Shown: in pieces, positions 1 through 12,000 of the stretch
Layout: the number at the start of each line of letters is the position of its first letter
Numbering within the stretch: the stretch's first letter is position 1
From: an uncultured virus (IMG/VR IMGVR_UViG_3300012271_000008)
Lineage: Duplodnaviria; Heunggongvirae; Uroviricota; Caudoviricetes
DNA length: 64,000 nt
Direction: 5' to 3' (one strand)
IMG/VR virus record: IMGVR_UViG_3300012271_000008
Span: 1 to 64,000 of that record
The notes under the pieces: generated by a model
What the model was told of the DNA's origin: nothing
The model's input: only the letters and a program-made list of their open reading frames with translations
The model's database searches: none
Position numbers and translations under genes: made by a program

Positions 1-3000
1 AGGAATTTCATCTACTTCAACTGTAGTAGATTTATCAGCTTGACTTTCTTTTAATTCATCCCACTGATCTATAGTGAAAGCATAAGGACTCATAAGATAA
101 TTACCTATTCTGTTTACTTTAACATAAGAAGCTTTAGAACCTTTGTTTATTTTTTCTCTAGTAAATCCTTCTAATTGGTAATACTCTTGTGCAACTCTTA
201 TTACTCTAGGAAAAGTTAATCTATTATAACCAGTTTCCCAATTCATATCCAGATCAAATAATTTACTCTTAGCTAAAGATTCCATATTTTTTCCAATTTT
301 TTTATTTATTTCAGAGTTAAAATACAATCTTTCAATACCGTCTTTACCTTTGTAATAAGAAACTAAATTATTATTAAAAGGATCATTAACTGTTTGATAT
401 GTAGGAAGATTGTCTGCATCAAATCCTGATCTAACATATCCTTCTTCATTAGTAGCTCCTAATAATGATTTTAATTGATTGTTATTTAAAGTTCTAACAT
501 TTTTGTAATTAACAGTATTTCTTGAATAAGATTTAATAAAATCATCTCTAAGTTGTCCTAAATCCATTCCAAATAAAGCATCATATTTAGCAGGTGTTCC
601 TGAATTTAAAGCTTCTTTTATTTCTGGTAATAAATCTATTAAATTAGGTTTTAAATAACGTAAAGATATTAGTCTAATAAGACTGTTAGATTTAAATTTA
701 AAATTATCTTTTATAGCAACTTGCTTAAATATTAATTTAGCTAGTTTTTTTGCTTTAGGATTAGATGATTCATGTAATTCAGAAAAACCATCTAATAGCT
801 CTGTAGTATCATCCGCATCTTTTTTTGTATTAGTGTTCATTTCACCCCAAGTTAATAAAAGACCTGCAAAATCAGATTTATCTTTAAATTTGTAATTTCT
901 TTGTCTAAGTTGTTGTAATAATTTATTTTCTTGTAAAATTGTATCACCAGCTTTAGCTTCAGCTTTTAAGTCATTTAAAGTATCATAAAATTCTCTATTA
1001 AAAATATCATCGTTGAAATCATATTTAATTTTATTTTTACCTTTATGCATGTAAGCTTTTAATTGTATAAAACTACTAAACTCTCCCAATACTGTTTTAA
1101 AATCGTCTTCTTTAGTAAATCTATTTGATTTGTTATTTATTATTAAAGACTCTAATAAATCTTTACCTCCTATAGAATGGGATATTAAAAATTCTTTTAA
1201 TATATCTCTATCTAATTCTTTTAAGTTAAGTAAACTTCTTTCTATATTTTTATTTTTATTTATAATTGAAAACCAATTAGTAGCTGTCATAACTTTATCT
1301 AAGTTACTAACAACCTTATAACCAGAATTAAATCCAACTCCTAATTTTTTAGTACTATCAAGTATGCTTTGAACATTAGCAGTAGATTTTTTAACTCCTT
1401 TTACTAAAGATAATACTCTAGTAAAATGGAAAATTTCATTTGCAATTTTATCAGTATTTTTAAAGTATTCATAAGATTGTAAATTTATGTCTACCCATCT
1501 TTTTAATTCTGGGCTTATAAATCTTTTGTTTATTTCTATTGAGTCTTCTACTCTAGCATAATTGTCTTCTTGAAATTTTAAATTAGCTAATATATTTTCT
1601 TTATTTACTTTATATTTAATTTTAGAACCAAAAGCAATTTCTAAATCAGATTTACTAAAACCATTAGCTTTTGCTTTTTCCATTAAACCTTTTTTAATGT
1701 CTTCATCAGTAATATAACTTTTATTAGCTTTTATATCTTTCCAAATTTGTATAGAATCTTGCAAAAAGAAAGGTACTGCTTCATTTAAAGGAACTCCTGA
1801 AGAAAATACAGTAGCTATATGTGTAATTAAGTTTTTATTAATACCTAATTTTTCAGAATCAAGATGTTTTGCATTATCTGTAAATGCAGTTATAAAAGCA
1901 GAGATTAATTTATTTACTCTATGCTTTCCTGCCATATCAGTATTAAAAGATGAAAAACCTGGATATACTTCTAAAGGTTTTTCTACAACTTTTATAACAT
2001 CAATACCATCTACATCTTCAATTTCTTTTACTTTAGTAGTAAATTTAGAATCATTAGCTCTCATATATTGAAAAGCAATGTTAAATAAAGCCATAGGCCC
2101 TATACCTCCACTTCCTGCATAATTAGCTTTATGAGCTTGATATTGTGAAGCAGGGTCATGAGCACCACTAACATTATCTTTTAGTGTTATACCTTGTTCT
2201 TCTAAAAATTTATAAGTTTCTAGTATAGGCTCTCTTTCTGAAGTTTCTGTAGCGTGGTCATTAAAGGCTAATTCCATTTGAGCTTCTAATATATTATTAT
2301 CAAGTTCTTCTCTAGTTAAACTAGTTCCGTAATTATCACCTTTTCTTACTGCAATAAATTTATCAAAATAATCACTTTCTTTAAACATTGGTATAGTTAA
2401 AATACCTAAATCAGCATAAACTGAATCTATAGCTGCTTCTATTTTACCATTTTTTAAAGCCATTTCTTTTATGTATTCATCAAATTCATCTACTTCTAAA
2501 GTATTTGATTGAATATTCATTAAATGTCTAAAGTCTTCACTAATATTTCTAACAGCTTCTCTAACTTTACTTTTAACAAGTTTACTTTCAGTAATTTCAG
2601 TCATAGCAGCTTGCATAGCTAACTCTTCACTTTTTATATTTTTATAGTCTCCAAATTTACCTTTATTAGTAAAATTAAATAATTTAGCAAACAAACTATC
2701 AACGTCAAAATCCGATCCAGATATTTCATTAATTTCTGAAGGTATTATAATAGTACTGCCATAAGCACCATCTATCATGTCAACTATTTTTAGTTTAACT
2801 ATAGAAGAATTATCTTGAGTAGGTATTCTAAATCCAAGTTGCATAGCTAAATATTCTGGAATAAATCCATTATTTTCTTTAATTTCTTCTAAATGGTCTT
2901 TAAAAGCATATTTAGATACTATTACTTCAGCTATACCTGTTTTTTTATCATACTTTAATCTTCTAACTGAAGAATGAGTATTGTTAGAATCTGTAGGTAT

Positions 3001-6000
3001 TACATTGTCATTTTTATCAACTTTTACTCTGTAACCAGCATTTGCTGTTAATGTATATTTTCTACCAGCAGATTTAAATTTAAATGAATGCTTACTTACA
3101 TAAGATAAAAACATAGATTCAAATTTAGAAACTACTGCTGTAAAGTTATTATCATATAAAGGTTGTCCTTTAGGATCTAATTCAAATAATTGAGCCATAT
3201 AAGGATCTTCTAAAGAAGAAGCTATATTTGCTTTAAATTCTTTATATAATTCTTTATATCTAGGAACAATGTCTTTTTTATTAGGCATATCTTCAAAAAT
3301 AGTACCTTTTAATATATCAAAACCTTCTTTACTTCTTTCAGCTAAATAAGATTTATATTTAGAAACTAAAGCTTGTTTTTCATCAGATTGCTCTGACCAT
3401 ATAATATTTAATAATTGAGTACCATCAACAATTTCTTCTTTAAAACCATCAGTATTAACTTGTTCTCTAAGAATTCTATTAGACATTTTAATAGGTGATA
3501 ATTTTTCACCTTTTGCGTAATCTGCAGAATTAATAATTGCAGTTTTCATAGCAGATTCATAAGTAACTAAATGAACATTGTTAAGTTCCATGTCATTTAA
3601 CATATTATGCATTTCTATTCTATGAGGTAAAGGCTTGTATAAAGCATGTAATTGAGTAAATAAATAATCTAATATTTCTTCATTTTCTCCTGATATTTCA
3701 ATTTCTTTTATATCTCTTAATAAATTTACAGCTTCTTGTCTGTCTTTAAAAGCAAGCTTAGAAACATCTGCTCTACTAATAGTACTTATAGATGTTTTTA
3801 AATAACTTTGTGCATCTCTTCCAACAATTTTTAATGAATTAAATAAAGCATTATGCTTTTTCATAACATTTAATTCTTTTAAATTAAGTTCTATACCTAA
3901 TCTAGCTTTATCTAATAAACCTATTCCATCTTTTGTGTAAGATCTTTCTAATTCATTTCTAAACTTACCTATACCCCTTAAATATGTGTTTATACGCCAC
4001 CCTGGAGTACTCCAAGTTTGCCCATCTCCTGCTTCATCTATTAAACCTTTTTCTTTACCATTTTCATCTTTAGAATAATTAATTCCAGGAATACTGTAAT
4101 CTTTAATAGTTGCTATATTAGTATGTCCAGATCCTAAAGATTGTCCATAAGCTACTTTACCACCATTTCTTTTTATAATGTCTAATATAGAATTATGACC
4201 TACCATGTCTGAACCATTCATTAAATCAGATAAAGAATGACTATTTATAAAAGTATTTAAAACAAATTTTCCAACTTCTTCTCTATTAACATTGTAAATA
4301 GGTTGTTTATTACTATCAACACCAGATTGACTTGCAAAAGATTCAGGTAATGAGTCAGTTGCTTGCTCTTTTTTAAGAACATTAACATAATTATTTATTT
4401 TTTTAGTAGCATCTGCAGCTAATTGTTTTTTAACTTCTTTTTCTAATTCTTCTGTAATAGTATCAGAATTTAATAAAGCTTTTTTCAAATCATCAGATAA
4501 GAAATTAAATTTAAAAAATTTGTTTTTTCTATCACTTTCTTCTCCTACATTAAATTTATTAATTTTATCAACTAAAGTATCATTTTTAATGATATTAAAT
4601 TCAGTTTGAAATAGTTTAAAATAATCCTTTAAAAAAACAGCATTTGGTTTACCTTTAAATAAATATTCTTTTACAGGTAAAGAAAAAATATAACTTGTAT
4701 TTTTATCTTCATTAACTTCTAAACTAAATTTAGAATAAGTTTTTTTATTTTTAGTAAAGAAAGAGTTTTCATAGTTATACATATTGAATAACATTCTTTC
4801 TATAGGAGTCATGTTTTTAAAATCTTTACCATTTTTAAAATCAGACTGAGTATTTACTGAACCATCTTCAGTAAAAGTAGCTTCTCTAATACCTCCAAGT
4901 ATTTCAGTTTCTTTATTAGCATTAAATATATCATCTAAATTTTCAGTTAAAAGAGGATTATTAGATATAGCTTCCATATACAGTTTAATAAAATCATCTG
5001 TATAAAAAATTTGATTATCTTCTAATACTGATTTTAAATCTTCCCAAGAAGCAACTCCTTCTTTAATATCTTTTAATAAAAACTTAAATTTAGGAGTTTT
5101 TAAAATTCTAAACATATCAGTATAAAAAGAATTACTTACTTTATCTGAAATATTATTACCTTCATTATTTCTAAAAGTAGTTTCTGATAGAGTAGAATCA
5201 AATATTGAATTTGCTGATGCTATAAATTTAAATCTAGTAACAGCTCCTGCACCTTGTCTAGCTACATCTTCATCAATATCATCACTTTGCAATGCAAAAG
5301 GATTATGATTAGCTTTATCATCTCTTAATATACTAAGAAGTCTGTCTGATAATAACCTAACTCCATCAACTTCTTGATCTAATGAATTTCCTGCACTTTC
5401 AAATGTTTCATAAAATTGAACTAAATCTTCTAATACTGCTAAATTAGTGTTACCAATATTTTTGTAATGTTCAATTAGTCCTGTTATGCTATTTTCTAAC
5501 ATTTCACCATTTATTTCTACAGTATTTTCACTAATAAGTGAATCTTTAATCATAGACCATTTAACATAATCTATGTGTAGTTTTAAACCTATTTTTTCTT
5601 CTAAGCTATCTCTTACAAATTTAGCGTTATTATCTAAATTAGCAACCCAAGTACCAATACCTTCATTTTTAGTTGCATTAGGTCCATAAACTTCCATTAC
5701 TTCTTTTTCTATAAAATCAGAAGCTTGATTAGGATCTACAGAGTTTCTAGCAATATTAAAATTAGCATTCCATTTAGAAACTTGATCTCTTGCAATATTT
5801 TTTCTATTAGAATTAAATATTCTATATGTTTTAGATTTAGGATCATATATCATACTTTGAAAATTAACTTTAGTTTTATCAAAATTAGAAACTAATTCTC
5901 TGTATAAAGTACTTCTGTCATAATTTAAAGAATTTTTTATATCAAAATCTTCTTCTATTCCTGCTTCTTTATGAATATCTATTATTACTTTGTCAAAAAA

Positions 6001-9000
6001 AGTTTTAATAGAAGGATTAGATTGTCCCATAAAATAAATTCTAGGTAATATATCTTTTTCAGCAACATCAGCTAAACCTCTAACAAGTGCATCATACACT
6101 CTGTCATGATTAACACTAACTTTCCACATATCATCTTTTAATTCCTCTTCAGTTAAATTTAAACCTAAGTAATCTTCTGATTGATGAACTGTCGTTAAAT
6201 ATGTTCTAATTCTTTTAGAAAGAGAACTTATCCCTGCATATTTACCTAAATCTGGATTAAAATCTCTTTCTGGAGTTTCATCATCATTATCTGTATTTTC
6301 TTCTTCAACTTCTTTAGTATTTACATTAAAGTTATAATTACCTATTCTAGAACTAATTTCATCTCTAATAAGTTTTTCATTAAGTTGTAAACCTTGGCCT
6401 CTCAATGAATTATACATTTTTTTAGATTTTGCAGTAGCTATACGTGGATTATTTATCCAATTAAGTTCTTCTTTAACTTCTTCTATAGCTTTAGTTATTT
6501 TAACTTTATAAGATTCTTCACTAGTATTATTTAAATATCTTTGATGTACTCTAGAAAAAATTATTTCACTATTTCTAGGAGTTAAAGTATTATTACCTGA
6601 AGTTTTTAACATACTAAATACAGGTTCTCCACTAACAATGCTAGTAGAAGTTCTGTCTTTTAATTTACCTTCATAAATAGCATCAAATACTTTAGATAAA
6701 GAACTATCTGTTACAAACCCTAACCAAGATTTAATTTTATTTATAAGTTTTTGTAACCAAGATAATTTAGTAGGTTTATATTCTGCAAATTTATCAGCTA
6801 ATTTTTCTTCTAACCATAATTCTGTAAGTTCTTTTTTACTATATTTATCGTATCTAGAAGTAACTTGTTTTAACTCATTTAAATCTTTAGAAGTAGGATC
6901 TCCAAATTCTTTTTGAGCTAATATTAACATTTGCTCTTTTTCTTCTTTAGTAAAAATAGTTCTAAATACTGCGTGAAAAGCCTCATGATACGCTGTACCT
7001 TTTGTTGCTTTGTTAGAATCTAAGTATATTATATTATTCATAAATACACCAAAAACTTCACCATTAGCTTGTAAATTTTTTAATACAGTATCTAGACTTT
7101 TTATTTTAATAGAAGAAGGTAAAATTTTACTTAATATTTTTTTAGCTTGAGCTATATTAACAGCTTCTCCTTCTAATTTTTTAGTAGAAAAAGCTAAATC
7201 ATCTGAATCTGGATCATCTTCGTTTTCTTTATTATTTATAGAATCTTCTACAATCTGTAAATCATTAAAAAACTGTGACATATTATAACTGTCATGTCCA
7301 AATTCTCTTTTAGCAATAGTAGTTAATGCTTCTAAATATTTAGGACCTAATGATTGTATATCACCTGCTAGTAACATTTCATGTTGTTCTGTACCTCCTA
7401 AAAGTTTTATAAATAATTTTAAACCTGCAGATAAGCTATTTGGAACATGTTCCCAAGTAGTTTTATTTAAATCACTACCGTATTCATTTAAATCTGGTTC
7501 TAAATTAGTAGGTTGTGGAGCAGGATTAGCTGGAGAATTTTCTTCTGGAGCAGGAGTTACAGGATCTTTAGAAGTAGGATTAAAATTTTCAGGAATATCT
7601 TCTGTCATTCTACTAGAAGGTTCTGTAACTATAGCTGCGTCAGTAGGACGTGCTGCTAGCTCTAAATTTTCTTTAGCAGTATTTACATCTTGAGGATATA
7701 TATTAGCAACAGACACGTTACCTGAAGGTACAGTGCCATTTTCTGTTATAATGTTAGCAACGTTTACAGTACCTGTTCTTTTGTCTTTTTGAGTTATAGA
7801 CCATTTAAGTCTAGTATTAATTTGTTCTTTTAAATTAGCAACTGTAAGATCAACTTTTTCTCCTTTTTTAGAGTCAGTAACTATTTGTATATTTGAAAAA
7901 TCTTCATTATAACTTAAACCTAAAAATAAACTATGATGTAAACTAGTTGATCCAGTTCCTTTTGCATTACCATATAAAGTTACTTTTTTACTCCAAGTTC
8001 CATCTTCATTTTTAGTTCTTAATAGAGGAACTGAAATATCTAAATTAACTTTAGTATTAGAATTTTCTCTAACTAAAGTAATTGTAAGAGGCATGTTGTA
8101 AATAGATTTTTTACTATTTTTATCTGTATTTTCGTTATTTTGTTTATCAGACCAATTACTAAATTTTTCAATATTTTCTGCAAAAGTAGTATTTAAAGTT
8201 TCATCATCTATGGTAGCATCATTTTCTGCAGGATAATCTAAACCTATTAACCCATAATTACTTGATCCATCTTTTTTGTTACCTCTAGGTACAAGTAAAA
8301 AATCACTATGATATAATTTAGAAGTGAATTTTGCTCCACCTTCCATCATAATTCTTTTAGCTTCTTGATACATAGCAGGATTAGATTGTCTACTTAATAC
8401 ATATTTATTACCTTCATGTAAAAATAAATAAGCACCTTTAGTCTTTCTAACATTACCTTCTTCATCTTCTGAACTAACAGAATATCCATTTCTATTATAA
8501 AGTAAATGTCCTTTTTTGTTTCCTAAATTTACTTGGGAATCAACAGAATCTTTTACAGAAGTTCTTCCTTCTCCTTTAGGTATGTATTCTAATTGTTTTA
8601 AATATAATTTAAAATCAACAACATCTTTCAAAGCTTCATAACCTATATAAGTACCAGATAAAGCTTCAGTTACTAATGCTTCATAATTATGCTTATAAAA
8701 ATTAAGTTGTTTTAATTCTTCTGGAGTAAAATCTTTATTAAGTTTTTTAATATCATTTAAATCACTAAAATCTAAAGGTCTACCATCAATTGTAAATTTA
8801 TTAGGAACAGACAATGCACCTATTAAAACACCTCCTATTTTTATTCTAAGTGCATATCTTTTACCATCTGTATGTAAATAACTTGAAGACACTTTAACAT
8901 CAGTGTCCATTAAACTTCCATCTTTATTTTTAGAAGGAGAATCTTCTACAGGAGCATCTTCCCATTCTTCTACAGAAAATTGAAGAACTTTTTTTATTTC

Positions 9001-12000
9001 ATCCCAACTTCTACCTTGAAGAACTTCTTCTACATTTATATCTTTACCATTTTCATCTTTATTAAAAAATCTAACAAAAGATTTTACAGAATTTAATACA
9101 CTAGTAAAACCATTATAAGATTTTTCTTTAGATTTATTTATTAAAGAACTTATTGAACTTTGTACATAATTTTCTAATTTATAAATAGTGTCTAATAATT
9201 CTTCATATTCTGCTTTAATTTCTTCAAAAGCAACTGTACCATCATCTTCATTTTTAATTTTATCTTTTAAACTATTTTTACTATTAGTTAAATATACTTT
9301 AAAATTATTAAATTGTGCTAAAGTTTTAGAAGTTTCGTTGTATGTATTTAAATTATCTATAATTGTTTTTATAAGTTTATTTTCACTTTTTGTTGTAAGA
9401 GTATTTGGTTTACTAACATCTTTATTGTCTAAATTAGCTTGTTCTTCTATTTTTTCTGTTATTTGTTGTATTTGCTCTTCAGTTAAAGTTTCACTAGATT
9501 GTACAATTTCTTTTAATTTGTTGTATAAATTAATTCTAGAATCTTTTATAGAAGCTTCTCTTACTTTATCTAATTCTTCTGTAAAAGCTTTAAAACCTTC
9601 TATTGATAATAGAGTTGACATATCTTCTACATAAGCTTCTCTTTGAGATGCCATTTTAGTCAAATCATTTAATTTGTTTTCAGTAGATTTAGCTCTAGTA
9701 GGTTTATCTACATATAAATTATTTACTTGATCTTGTAAAGCTGTAGTACTTTCTACTAATTCTTTAAAAGATTCAAAGTCTCTATCATATTTTTTACCTT
9801 TATTTGTAGTATTTTTTCTTTTAGTGTGTTCTTTTTTAAGAGCTCTGTAATATCTGCTTTTTTGTTTGTTAACTTTTTTTCTTAATACTTCAATTTCTGA
9901 CTGACTAGCATCAATACTTTCAGCATCTTTTAATTCTTCTTCAGATTCTTCAAGTTCTTTTTTATGACCTCTAAACCTATCTATAGCTTTTTTAGTCCAT
10001 CTTACACTATTATTTTCATTACGAATATCTAAAAGTGTTCTAGCATCTATATTTAAATCTTTAGAAATACTATCAGCTAACTCAACTTCTCTTTTATCTA
10101 AATCACTAACCATGTAATCATTATAAGCAACAGCTTCAATAAGTTCACTACTATTTAAAGTTCCAGCATCTGTTACAAAAGAATAATCTTGTATAGTCTT
10201 TTCAGCTTGTCTAATAGCTTCAACAGCTCTATTAGTATTATCTGTAGCAGTTTCTATAACTTCTTTTTTACGGGCATATAATTCCTCTTGAGTCATATTA
10301 CCTTCATATCCAAAAGTTTCTGCAAACTCTTCAATAGGCATATTTTCAACTTCTTCTACAGTGTCTCCAAGCATTTGATCTGATACACCAAGTTTGTATC
10401 TATTAGCAACCATATTATAAAACTCTTGAGATTCTGCATTTTTACCTCTATAAAAATCTTTTTTATTATGAGCTTCATGCATTTCTTTATTAGTTTCGTG
10501 AACTAAATTAGCTTGTTTTTGCATAAGAGCTAATTTACTCATACCAGGATCTGCATTTGCTAATTCTACTAATTTTTCAGCTTCAGCAATTTTATCATTT
10601 GTGTCAGTTACAGCTCCAACTAAAGATCCTTGCCACATTCCTTTAGCTCCACTTTTAAAATTAAAGGTAGGAGAACCTAAAGAACCTATTATCATACCTA
10701 TACCAACTTCTTTCCAAAATTCATTGTCAAATGAACTTCCATAAGTTTTATCAAATGCATCATTCATAGCTGAAACAACATCATAACTTGTTGCTACTCC
10801 TTCAGGACTATATGATTTAGATATGTATTCAAGACCAGTTCTTTTAACAAAACCTTGACCACCTTCCTCAAATAAACCTTCAGTTAAAGGTCTTTTAATA
10901 AGTTCTTTACTAAAATGTGAAGTTTTTTGTAACTTATTCCAATTATTATAAGCTAAATTATAAGCTCCTTCTCTGCCAGAAACTCTAGTAGGAGATAATA
11001 TGCTTGAATTTATTGAACCTGATTTAAATAATCCCTTACCAAATGTTTTAGGTAATGTAACAAAATTAGATAAACCAACTAAAGCAGTATTACCTGCAAA
11101 TACAAAATTAGCAGCACTATTAATTGAACTTTCTAAAGTATTATATAACTCAGGATTAGATTTTTTTAGTTGTTCTTTTGAATCAACACCTTCTAAACCT
11201 TTTAATCTTTCAGCCCAAGCTTCATCTTTAAATCCTCTAGCTTCAACACCTGCTTCATAACCTGCACCAGTGATAAGTCTTCTTGTAAATAAAGCAGTTT
11301 TATCTATTTTATTTGCAGCATTTATAGCTGATCTAGCAGAACTAATAGCACTTACTCCTGTTTTAGCTTTGTTAGCTTTGTTTAAAGAATTTATACCTCT
11401 AGCAGCTTTAGCCATTAATCTTGCAGTCATACCTGCTTGTAAAGCACCTGTAGCTCCAAATGTAGCTGCTGTAGCTGCTGTCATAGTTATTTCAGATAAT
11501 ACTGCAGATACTGTAAATGCCATACCTCCTAAAAAATCATCTGCCCAAAAATTAGCAGTACCCATATTTTTGTACCAAGCTCTATCTCTTTCTTGATTAG
11601 TACTAAAATTTTGAAACTTTTCTCTAGTAGCATCATCCCATGAATCTAATGTTTGAGTAAAATCATTATCAAAAAATTTATTAAAACTTCCATTTACAAT
11701 AGCAGAACCTGTACCATAAAATAAATTGGCTACATTACCTACTACTCCTGTACCTACTTGTTCAGTAAATTTAGCAATACCATTAGACCATTTTTCTCCT
11801 GTAGTTTGTTGTCTAGCTTGAAAATGTTCTAAATCATATCCTAAATCTCTAAATGAAGCTGAAGAAACTCTTCCTTTATACTCACCTGCAGCTATGCTAC
11901 CTGATAATGGTGCAGAACCTACATTTGCAGGTGTAGTTATTTCTGGAGTTACTCCTTCAGGTACTACTGTACCTCCTTGTTGTACAAAATCTTCTACTGT